A stretch of DNA of 42,143 nt from an uncultured Methanosarcinales archaeon. Its GTDB lineage: Archaea > Nanobdellota > Nanobdellia > Woesearchaeales > JABIAG01. The translations under genes and the position numbers were made by a program. The stretch is taken from NCBI GenBank assembly GCA_964427985.1, contig CAYRWJ010000003.1, positions 753 through 42,895 of the forward strand, written 5' to 3'. The stretch's first letter is position 1; the number at the start of each line of letters is the position of its first letter. Positions 34,982-42,143 of this stretch are shown piece by piece. The notes below the pieces were generated by a model, which had not been told where the DNA came from, ran no database searches, and saw nothing but the letters and a program-made list of their open reading frames with translations.

Positions 34982-35313
34982 CGAGTTTTTGGTTTTTGTT
35001 TGAAAAGTTGAACTTCGATTGTTTCTGGTGAAAATCCGATTTTAATTAGTTCTTCTTTAACTTTTTGTTGATGATTTCCTTGTAACTCAATTTTTCCATC
35101 TTTTGCTGTGCCTCCACAGGCAAATTTGTTTTTGAGTTGTTTTGCAAGGTTTTTAAGGTCAATTTCTTTGTTATCTACGCCTTCAACAATGGTATATGGT
35201 TTTCCAAACTTTTTTTTAACCATACTTACAACAATTTTTTGTGTTTCTTTTGCTATGCTTTCACACATACAAAGTTCTTTTGGAAGTCCACACGTTGTGC
35301 ATATTTCACTCAT
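34978..35313 (-). CDS. sui1: Translation initiation factor aSUI1 (eIF1 homolog)
   Basis: 111 aa. N-terminal CTTCG..CMC zinc knuckle. YTIVEGVD, KFACGGTAKDGKIELQGNH. Confidence 0.9.
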   Translation of the reverse strand: MSEICTTCGLPKELCMCESIAKETQKIVVSMVKKKFGKPYTIVEGVDNKEIDLKNLAKQLKNKFACGGTAKDGKIELQGNHQQKVKEELIKIGFSPETIEVQLFKQKPKTR

Positions 35314-35525
35314 TGCTTTTCTATAACCTCATTTTCAAGTTTTCTTGAATTTGTAATTGTCATAATTTTTGCGATTGTTTTTTTTCTTTGTTTTAACATT
35401 CCTGGACTTTTTGGAGAAGTACCTGCTGAAATTTGTGCATAATCTTGCATTAATTCTTTTTTTAATTCTATTAATTTATTTTGTAAATCGTCATTACTTA
35501 ATTCTCTAAGTTCTTTTGCTTTCAT
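35310..35525 (-). CDS. rpl29: Ribosomal protein uL29
   Basis: 71 aa. MKAKELRELSNDDLQNKLIELKKEL. Confidence 0.92.
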   Translation of the reverse strand: MKAKELRELSNDDLQNKLIELKKELMQDYAQISAGTSPKSPGMLKQRKKTIAKIMTITNSRKLENEVIEKQ

Positions 35526-36244
35526 TCTTTTTTAGCCTCTTTCTTTTTTTTAGGCTTTTTATCTTTGTTTATTTTATTTTTTGTTTCTGTTTTTTTCTTT
35601 TCTTTTTCAGGCTCTTTTATATCTTCACTTTCTTCTATTGTTTCTAGTCTGTCTCGTAATTCAATTTTATCAGGTAGTTCAACATCTCCTGGCATAATTC
35701 TTACTTGGATTCCTACTGTTCCACTTTTTAAGTTTGCAACAGTGTATGCTTTTAATACGCCTGATTTTGCAATGTGTCCAGATTTTTTTAGGTAACCTTG
35801 ATAAAATCTCCATCTTTTTGCTCGTGAACTTGGAATTTTCCCTGAGATTAATATTTCTGTTCCTAATGCGCCAGCTTTGATTATTGCTTCTAATACTTTA
35901 TGACCTATTGATTTAAATCTTCCTGAACCAAATCGTTCTAATGTTGTTGCAATTCTTTCTGCAATTATTTTTGGGTCTAGGTCTGGTTGTGTTATTTCTT
36001 CAATTTCAATTTGTGGATTTTCAAGGTTAAATCGTTTTTTTAATTCAGTTGTTAATAATTTGATGTTTTCACCTTTTCTTCCAACTACCAATCCTGGTTT
36101 TGATGCTGTGATTAATATTTTTTCTCCTAGAGGAGTTTTCTTTAATTTTACATCTGATTGTCCTGCTTTTTTTAATACTTCATTTACATATTCTTTAATT
36201 AAGTATTCTTTCAGGTTTTCTGATACAAATTTTCGTTCAATCAT
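35522..36244 (-). CDS. rps3: Ribosomal protein uS3 (K/E-rich C-terminal tail)
   Basis: 240 aa with KH domain. LVVGRKGENIK. Operon order. Confidence 0.95.
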   Translation of the reverse strand: MIERKFVSENLKEYLIKEYVNEVLKKAGQSDVKLKKTPLGEKILITASKPGLVVGRKGENIKLLTTELKKRFNLENPQIEIEEITQPDLDPKIIAERIATTLERFGSGRFKSIGHKVLEAIIKAGALGTEILISGKIPSSRAKRWRFYQGYLKKSGHIAKSGVLKAYTVANLKSGTVGIQVRIMPGDVELPDKIELRDRLETIEESEDIKEPEKEKKKTETKNKINKDKKPKKKKEAKKE

Positions 36245-36873
36245 TTTTTAATTTCCTCTGGTTTTTCTTTAGGAGTTTCAGTTTTTTCTTCAATCTTTTT
36301 TTCGATTGGTGTTGTTTCTGTTTTTTTCTCTTCTTCTTTTTTGATTTCTTTTTCAACAGGTTCTTTTTCTGTTTTGTTCTCTGTTTCTGTTTTGATTTCT
36401 TTTTCAACAGGTTTTGTTGATTCTTTTTTTACAACTTTTTCTTCTTTTTTTTGTGTTACTTCTTCAACAATAATTTCAATATGAGTTGATTTTGTTTTTA
36501 GTCCTCTTCTTCTTCCATAATGGTAGCTTCTTGAACCTTGATTTGGAATTATAGTTTTTATGATTAAGTTATCTACATTTAATCCTTTTGTGTTTGCATT
36601 TGATTCTGCACTTTTTACTATTTTTAATATGAATGTTGCTGCTTTTATTGGATAATTTCCTGGACCAATCCCTTTTCTATGTCCTACACTTCTAATTTTT
36701 TTACAAGGAATTGCAATTTTCATTTCGATTACATCTTCTAATATTTTTTTAGCTCTTTTTACGGATTTTCCTTTAATAAAATTACTAATTTCTAAACTTG
36801 ATTTTTTTGATATTGGTAAACCTACTCCCACTGCGATGGCTTCCCTTTCTGTTAATTGTTTTGTTGTTTTCAT
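36241..36873 (-). CDS. rpl22: Ribosomal protein uL22 with a long K/E/T-rich C-terminal extension
   Basis: 210 aa. Core to about residue 145, then a repeat-containing tail (PVEKEIK twice). Confidence 0.92.
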   Translation of the reverse strand: MKTTKQLTEREAIAVGVGLPISKKSSLEISNFIKGKSVKRAKKILEDVIEMKIAIPCKKIRSVGHRKGIGPGNYPIKAATFILKIVKSAESNANTKGLNVDNLIIKTIIPNQGSRSYHYGRRRGLKTKSTHIEIIVEEVTQKKEEKVVKKESTKPVEKEIKTETENKTEKEPVEKEIKKEEEKKTETTPIEKKIEEKTETPKEKPEEIKK

Positions 36874-36915
36874 TTTTTAAAATGTAAGTTCAAAAATCTT
36901 TGATTTTTGTTAATT

Positions 36916-37299
36916 TCATTTAACTGATACCGCACTACTTGATCTTGTTGCTCCTACTCCTGGAGCAGAGTGTGCTAATCTTTTTCTTGTTAATACAAAG
37001 TCTCCTAATCTATATCCTATCATTTCTTCAGTAATTATGATTTTTTCAAAGCTTTTTCCGGAATATACTAGTACTGTTTTTCCTATCATTAAAGGGATTA
37101 TTATGATTCCTCTACTGTGAGTTTTTAGTTTTCCTTTTCCTTCTTCTATTTTTTTCATGAATTTTTTTTGTTCTTCAGTTAATCCACGAGTTAAAGTTCT
37201 TCTTTCTCTAGTTGGTAATAAGGTTATGAATTCTTTTAAGGGCATTGCTTGTAATTCTTCAGTTGTTTTTCCTCTGTATTTGAATATTTTTTTTGCCAT
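36916..37299 (-). CDS. rps19: Ribosomal protein uS19
   Basis: 127 aa. FKYRGKTTEELQAM, GHRLGDF-like IGYRLGDFVLTRK. Confidence 0.95.
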   Translation of the reverse strand: MAKKIFKYRGKTTEELQAMPLKEFITLLPTRERRTLTRGLTEEQKKFMKKIEEGKGKLKTHSRGIIIIPLMIGKTVLVYSGKSFEKIIITEEMIGYRLGDFVLTRKRLAHSAPGVGATRSSSAVSVK

Positions 37300-37305
37300 T
37301 TTTAT

Positions 37306-38007
37306 TTACCTTTTCATTCCTGTTCTACTTGGTGCAATTTTTCCAACTTTTCTTCCAGGTGGAGCGTGTCTTGATACATGCATTGGTCTTCCTTTAACAT
37401 GTGAACATTTTCCTCCAAATGGATGGTCTACTGAGTTCATAGATATTCCACAAACTTTTGGATATTGCTTATGATGTGCTTTCATGTATTTAAATTTGTT
37501 TCCTGCTTTCATTAGTGGTTTTTCTATTTTTCCACCACCAGCAATTACGCCGATTGTTGCTCTGCATTCTTGGTTGAATAATTTAATCTTTTTTGATGGT
37601 AATATTACTGTTATTCCTTTGTTTGTTTTTTGTGATACTCTTGCAAAATTTCCGGCTGCTCTTACAAATTTTCCGCCATCTCCGTACTGTTTTTCTATGT
37701 TGTATATGTATGTTCCTTCAGGAATGTCTTTTAATGATAAACTATTGCCCACTTTTACGTTAGTAGTTCCATATTCTATTTGATCTCCAACTCTTATTCC
37801 TTCTGGTGCAATTATTAACCTTTCTTCTTTTCCAAATACTGTTCTTAGTAATGGTGCGGAATGTATTTTGTTTGTGATTATATCTACAACAACCCCTGTT
37901 TTTTCATCAGTTAGTTTAGCATGCTTTGCTTGTCCTTTTGATTGATGTTTTAGGGATTCATGTATTGAACCTTTTCCACGTCTTTGTTGTAATAGTCTTT
38001 TTCCCAT
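37306..38007 (-). CDS. rpl2: Ribosomal protein uL2
   Basis: 233 aa. GKRLLQQRRGKGS, MNSVDHPFGGK. Confidence 0.97.
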   Translation of the reverse strand: MGKRLLQQRRGKGSIHESLKHQSKGQAKHAKLTDEKTGVVVDIITNKIHSAPLLRTVFGKEERLIIAPEGIRVGDQIEYGTTNVKVGNSLSLKDIPEGTYIYNIEKQYGDGGKFVRAAGNFARVSQKTNKGITVILPSKKIKLFNQECRATIGVIAGGGKIEKPLMKAGNKFKYMKAHHKQYPKVCGISMNSVDHPFGGKCSHVKGRPMHVSRHAPPGRKVGKIAPSRTGMKR

Positions 38008-38008
38008 T

Positions 38009-38269
38009 TTATATCATTCCTAATTCTGTTGCAATATCTATTGCTGGATTTTCATTTGCTAATTTGACATATGCTCTTTTTTGTCCTTTTCTTGATATGT
38101 ATGTATTAACTTTGATTACTTTTACTTTGAACATTTCTTCTACTGCTTTTTTTATTTCAATTTTTGTTGCTTTAATGTTTACATCAAATAGTAATTTGTT
38201 TTCAAATTCCATTAATCTAATAGCCTTTTCTGTTGATACCGGATTTCTTATTATATCGTATGTTTCCAT
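38009..38269 (-). CDS. rpl23: Ribosomal protein uL23
   Basis: 86 aa from ATG 38269 (the tracked longer start is GTG inside uL4). IIRNPVSTEKAIRLME. Confidence 0.92.
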   Translation of the reverse strand: METYDIIRNPVSTEKAIRLMEFENKLLFDVNIKATKIEIKKAVEEMFKVKVIKVNTYISRKGQKRAYVKLANENPAIDIATELGMI

Positions 38270-38270
38270 T

Positions 38271-39071
38271 TTATATGAATAACTTTTCCTCACTAATTTT
38301 TTTAATTGAATTTTCACTAAATAATACTAATCTTCCTGCTTCTGCTCCTGGAGCTAACATTTTTGCATTAATTTCTTTTACTTTTGCAATTTCAACACCG
38401 GGAATATTTTTAACTTTTTCAATGTCACATTCTTCTGATATTATGATTAAAGGTCCTGTTTTTGTTTTATATTTTCTTCCTCTCATAGTTCCTTTTCCTG
38501 CTCTAATTTTCTTTTCTTTTACTCGGTCTAATTCTTTTGTAAATCCAAGAGCTTTTAATATTTTGATTAATTCAGATGTTTTTTTAACCTTTTCAATTTC
38601 GTTTTCTACTATGAATGGATAATCTTTTGGTACTTGATGTTTTGTTGCTACCACGTCTTTCATTAGTGTTGCGGATAGTGCGCATCTGATTGCTTTTCTT
38701 CTTTCTTTTCTGTTAATATTTTTGATTATGATTTTTTCTGCTTTTGGAGAATGTGCTTTTCGTCCACCAACTGTTCCTGGGGCAGTTGCTCCAACCCAAT
38801 TAAATCTTGTTCCTCTGCTTGACATTACTTTTCTTGGAACTCTTGATATTCCTATTCCGTAAGCTCCTCTGTAATTGTGTCGTCTTCTTGATACTTTGGA
38901 TGAAGATCTCATACCTGCATCTGGTTTTGAACCATATGGTTGGATAGTTTTTGAGTTTACTGCAATAAACGCTCTTTTGATTAAGCTAGGTCGTAATTCT
39001 TCACTAAATTGTTTAGGTAGATCTATGCTTCCTGTATTTTCTCCCTTTAAATTTAATATGTTTAGTTTCAT
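38271..39071 (-). CDS. rpl4: Ribosomal protein uL4
   Basis: 266 aa. RRHNYRGAYGIGISRVPRK. Operon order. Confidence 0.95.
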   Translation of the reverse strand: MKLNILNLKGENTGSIDLPKQFSEELRPSLIKRAFIAVNSKTIQPYGSKPDAGMRSSSKVSRRRHNYRGAYGIGISRVPRKVMSSRGTRFNWVGATAPGTVGGRKAHSPKAEKIIIKNINRKERRKAIRCALSATLMKDVVATKHQVPKDYPFIVENEIEKVKKTSELIKILKALGFTKELDRVKEKKIRAGKGTMRGRKYKTKTGPLIIISEECDIEKVKNIPGVEIAKVKEINAKMLAPGAEAGRLVLFSENSIKKISEEKLFI

Positions 39072-40000
39072 AGTATCAACTTTTTAAGTTCAATTTTTGT
39101 ATTTGGTTTTTTCTTTGCTCTTATTGCGTTTGTTAATGTGATTGGTCTCTTTTTTGATCCTGCAACGCTTCCTTTTATTATAACAAAATTATTTTTGATT
39201 TTACCGTAATGTCTGAATCCTTTTTCAGGTAGTTTGTCTTCTACTTTTAGAAGTTGTTTATTGTATTCGGTTCTTTGATGGAATCCCATCTTACCTGGTT
39301 GTGCAACTCGATACATCATGTGTGCTTGTGAAGTCCAACCACCAGATCTTGCTCCAACACTTCTTTGTCCTTTTTCGGATTTATGTGATTTTAAGTTTAC
39401 TCCAAATCTTTTAATTACTCCTTGAAAACCTTTTCCTTTTGTTACGGCATGTAGGTCAATAAATGTATTTTCTTCAAATACGTCTTTTATATTGATGTCT
39501 TTTTCTAAATTTTCTTTTACCCAGGTTAATTGTTCTTCTTTACTTCCACCTAATGCTAATTCAAATACGTCTGGAACTTTCTTTCCTAAGCTTGTTAAGT
39601 TTGGTTGAGTATATGCAAGAATTCTTATTTGGGTATATGGATCTTTCATATCATCTATTTTTTTAGAATAATCTTTTGGTAATTGTAATCTTTTTTTTAA
39701 ATTTTGATCGAGTTTTGGTGAAAGAATTTCGGTTTGAATTGAATTTTTTTGGTAGAAACGCACAGAAAGAATTTTTATTGGTGGACATTCAATCAAAGTA
39801 ACTGGGATTGCATGTTTAAATGTCAGTTTGCCTTTTTGTTCAGAACCCATCATATGAGCCATTCCAATTTTATACCCGACAAATCCTAATGGTTTTACTT
39901 GTTTTCCACTCCAATTTCTAACTCTAGTTAAAAGTTTCTTAGCCCGTTTTCTTGGCCAAAATTGCATACTTCCATGCCTTGGGTTTGCTTTTTTTACCAT
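39068..40000 (-). CDS. rpl3: Ribosomal protein uL3
   Basis: 310 aa. NPRHGSMQFWPRKRA, FQGVIKRFG. Confidence 0.96.
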   Translation of the reverse strand: MVKKANPRHGSMQFWPRKRAKKLLTRVRNWSGKQVKPLGFVGYKIGMAHMMGSEQKGKLTFKHAIPVTLIECPPIKILSVRFYQKNSIQTEILSPKLDQNLKKRLQLPKDYSKKIDDMKDPYTQIRILAYTQPNLTSLGKKVPDVFELALGGSKEEQLTWVKENLEKDINIKDVFEENTFIDLHAVTKGKGFQGVIKRFGVNLKSHKSEKGQRSVGARSGGWTSQAHMMYRVAQPGKMGFHQRTEYNKQLLKVEDKLPEKGFRHYGKIKNNFVIIKGSVAGSKKRPITLTNAIRAKKKPNTKIELKKLIL

Positions 40001-40068
40001 TTCGTAAATTTATTTTTGTTGTTGCTTCTACCACCTCTATCGGTATTCGCGTTTAATCGCCTTTTATT

Positions 40069-40108
40069 GAAAACATTGCAGAAGTACTTTCGTACTGAAA
40101 ATGTTTTC
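40069..40108 (-). other. Two-tier RNA hairpin in the region upstream of uL3, capped by a GAAA tetraloop on the minus (operon) strand
   Basis: Minus strand reads GAAAACAUU-UUC-AGUAC-GAAA-GUACU-UCUGC-AAUGUUUUC. It has a 9-bp outer stem, a 5-bp inner stem and a GNRA loop. Confidence 0.45.
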
Positions 40109-40130
40109 TTTTCAGGCTGTTTGTGATTGA

Positions 40131-40151
40131 TATCTGATCCATCGTCAGATA
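40131..40151 (-). other. Hairpin TATCTGA-N7-TCAGATA upstream of uL3
   Basis: 7-bp perfect inverted repeat with a 7-nt loop. Confidence 0.4.
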
Positions 40152-40176
40152 CTTAAAAAAGAATTTTATATGTCTT

Positions 40177-40200
40177 TATAAAGTTTTTCAAAACTTTATA
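40177..40200. promoter_or_regulatory. 24-nt A/T palindrome TATAAAGTTTT-tc-AAAACTTTATA containing TATA-like elements, between the primase stop and the uL3 region
   Basis: 11+2+11 inverted repeat read from the sequence, followed on the minus strand by TTCTTTTTT. Could be a promoter, a terminator, or both. Confidence 0.4.
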
Positions 40201-40243
40201 CTCGGAATAAAGACTTTGTTGTCGTAGTGACGTTGTATAAATG

Positions 40244-41608
40244 TTATTCTTTTTCCGAGGAAGAACTTTTTTTATCTTCTTTATTGTTTTTCTTTTTTTT
40301 ACTATTTTGTCCTGCAAAAACTCTTCTTCTTGAATAATTTACGGGATTTTTGACTTTTCTACATAAATTATCTGGGAAGCACATTTTCATTCCAGTATAA
40401 TACATTTCATTTGTGCAATTAGGGGGTAATTTTTTCCCATGCTTTTTTGTATATTTTAATTGACCTTTCCAATAAACTTCTTTTAGTGATTCTTTGTTGC
40501 ATTTATTCCATTCTTTTAATCTTTTTTCAATTTGGTCCCAACCCCAACCTGCGCTTGCAAGAAAATTTATTAAAATAAAAACAGCTCTTTTTTTACCATC
40601 ATCTAATCCTTTTAATATGTATTTTATGCAGGGAGGAAATAAGTCTTCCGGTACTGCTTCTTGTAAATCTTCATAGTTTGTTTTTTTCTTAAAAAGTTCT
40701 TCTTCTTCTTTTATTTCGGGTTTGTAATCCATTGCTTGAACAAATAATTGTTCTGCTTCGTTTGGAATTACGTTTTCCCTATCAAAAAATTTTAGAATAT
40801 TTCTTACATTTTCTGGTTTTGCATCAACCCTACTAAAACTTTTGATTTCTTCTGGTTTTATCACCACAGATATTAATCCTGATTTTTCATTATAACAATA
40901 TGGCATTCTACATAAATGTCTTGAAGATATTAGTATTGTATCAACATCTACAACTTCAAAAGGGTCAAACTTTTTTTCTTTTATTAATTCTTTTACTTCC
41001 TTATTTACGTTTTTTGCTATTTCTTCTATGCTTCCTTTTTCTAATAATCCTTTGATGAGATGTTCTCTTATCATTTCTTTTAGGTACATTGCCACTCTTC
41101 TTGCGCCTTCGGGAAACCAAGTTCTTACTTCTTGTTCCATTGTTCTTTTTGGAAATGCTTCAAATGGAACGCCAATATGAAACCCATGATTTCCAGAGAA
41201 TTTACACATTATCGATTTTATTTTATGGTGCTTTAATGCTTCAATTATTAGTGATGATGCAACTTTTGAGTATTCAAAAAATGGTGTGTCAATGTCAATA
41301 ATTAAATCCCATCCTTTTCGTAATTCATCCATTTCTTTTTGTTTTAAATCTAAATTAAGTTGAAGTGGGTCTTTCCATATTTCTTCTGAAAAATGAAATG
41401 ATGTTGCCCCATTTTTAGCTAATTCTAAAACATCAGCAGGGTTATTTATTACATCTGGACGTTTTCCATACCCATATTGGGTTCCATAATCATATTTCAT
41501 TCCTATCTCTTTATCTTTAGATTCTCTTGCTATTGATTTTTGGACGTCTTCACGGCTATAGAATTCTAATACTTCTTCTTTATCCAGTTTTTTGTCTTCT
41601 TTCCCCAT
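40244..41608 (-). CDS. priS: Single-chain archaeo-eukaryotic DNA primase: PriS catalytic domain fused to a PriL-type Fe-S C-terminal domain
   Basis: 454 aa. AEP motifs DLIIDID, FSGNHGFHI, SSRHLCRMPYCYNEKSG. C-terminal FPPCIKYILKG...LPPNCTNE...MCFPDNLCRKVKNPVNYSRRR matches the PriL-CTD four-Cys signature. Confidence 0.9.
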   Translation of the reverse strand: MGKEDKKLDKEEVLEFYSREDVQKSIARESKDKEIGMKYDYGTQYGYGKRPDVINNPADVLELAKNGATSFHFSEEIWKDPLQLNLDLKQKEMDELRKGWDLIIDIDTPFFEYSKVASSLIIEALKHHKIKSIMCKFSGNHGFHIGVPFEAFPKRTMEQEVRTWFPEGARRVAMYLKEMIREHLIKGLLEKGSIEEIAKNVNKEVKELIKEKKFDPFEVVDVDTILISSRHLCRMPYCYNEKSGLISVVIKPEEIKSFSRVDAKPENVRNILKFFDRENVIPNEAEQLFVQAMDYKPEIKEEEELFKKKTNYEDLQEAVPEDLFPPCIKYILKGLDDGKKRAVFILINFLASAGWGWDQIEKRLKEWNKCNKESLKEVYWKGQLKYTKKHGKKLPPNCTNEMYYTGMKMCFPDNLCRKVKNPVNYSRRRVFAGQNSKKKKNNKEDKKSSSSEKE

Positions 41609-41682
41609 ATTAAATAATATACTTTAAAGCTTTAATAAGATTGTGGAAATCTTTTTATCTATTGTAGTATTTCTTTTTTTTT

Positions 41683-42143
41683 ATGATAATTCCTGTGTTT
41701 GTTCACCAGGATATTCCTTCTCCTAATAATTTTTCTGAAGAGATTCTGCGAGTAAACTTTTCAGATGAAGAAATTGAGAAGTTTAGTGGAAGTAAAAGTT
41801 ATATTGATGCGTCTTGTTCTATTATTCAAGAGGGTGTTGGACCCAATCATATTGCTTTAGGAAGAAAATGTTTATGTATGTATGAACACACTCCAAAACT
41901 TCCACGAGTTGTTGCAGTTTATCCAAATTTGAAAAATCATGTGTGGGATCATCAAGAACATTGTTTTGATGTTCTTAGAAGGGCAATTAAAGCTAATCCT
42001 AAAACTACTTTTTATGTTGTGACTTGTTATAATTTGGAAATGAGTTTTAATAATTCGGAAATAGATAAATTGGTACGTAGTTCCCCTACTTTTAATGATC
42101 AGTCTACTCCCAATACTGTTGTTTCTGTTTTTACTAGAGAGTT
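41683..42143 (+). CDS. Hypothetical protein, 5' part (ORF runs off the window end)
   Basis: ATG at 41683 followed by 153 stop-free codons in an AT-rich genome (MIIPVFVHQDIPSPNNFSEE...). TATA-like TTTTTATC about 27 nt upstream. Not in the supplied ORF track because it has no stop. Confidence 0.6.
   Translation, partial: MIIPVFVHQDIPSPNNFSEEILRVNFSDEEIEKFSGSKSYIDASCSIIQEGVGPNHIALGRKCLCMYEHTPKLPRVVAVYPNLKNHVWDHQEHCFDVLRRAIKANPKTTFYVVTCYNLEMSFNNSEIDKLVRSSPTFNDQSTPNTVVSVFTRE

Noticed and set aside
40001-40243. tRNA, SRP RNA or RNase P RNA in the long gap upstream of uL3. Other gaps examined: 8286-8391, 18887-19028 and 24776-24923.
   Set aside because: I could fold no cloverleaf (acceptor/T-arm GTTCRANYC-like motif) and no SRP or RNase P conserved motifs. 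The gaps are too short for those RNAs. Only local hairpins are reported.
1-42143. Mobile elements, prophage, or defence islands (restriction-modification, toxin-antitoxin, CRISPR-Cas)
   Set aside because: No transposase, integrase, terminal inverted repeats, cas or methyltransferase-nuclease pairs were recognised. The only nuclease-like hint is the weak Mrr-like C-terminus of the first gene, reported separately with low confidence.

Overview
This is an AT-rich (about 30% GC by eye), very compact archaeal chromosome segment. The gene content is archaeal: r-proteins eL14, eL34, eL32, eL19 and eS4, plus PAN, FEN1, RFC, Pelota, aSUI1, Rpp29 and a fused PriS-PriL primase. Together with minimal intergenic spacing, this points to a reduced DPANN-type lineage (Woese-/Pace-/Nanoarchaeota-like); that placement is inference. 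Left to right the window holds: a wHTH/KE-repeat protein; a secreted HExxH metalloprotease operon; fen1; a DMT transporter; a Trm5-like methyltransferase; a candidate C/D-box sRNA with its own TATA box and T-tract; PAN; M29 and M24 peptidases; a perfect 43-bp tandem repeat in a divergent promoter; a PRC-barrel protein and the RFC small subunit; a five-gene operon of uncharacterised envelope proteins (11883-17789); pelota; a TrmB-family regulator; pheS/pheT; a CDA-fold deaminase; eL14 and eL34; an orphan ORF; a DUF106/YidC-like insertase; the complete secY-to-uL3 ribosomal protein operon on the minus strand (26385-40000); the fused primase; and a partial ORF at the right edge. I recognised no rRNA, tRNA, CRISPR array, transposase or integrase. 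The best candidate for an undescribed system is the envelope operon: three lipobox paralogs, a bitopic 623-aa protein with a Cys-rich tail, and a 403-aa protein with a pilin-like anchor. Secondary observations: K/E-rich tails on many ribosomal proteins, including a 36-nt exact match between the uL24 and uL22 tails; a structured region upstream of uL3; a Phe-rich mini-ORF upstream of pheS; and a palindromic bidirectional TATA box. All homology calls were made by eye from motifs and gene order, with no database search.
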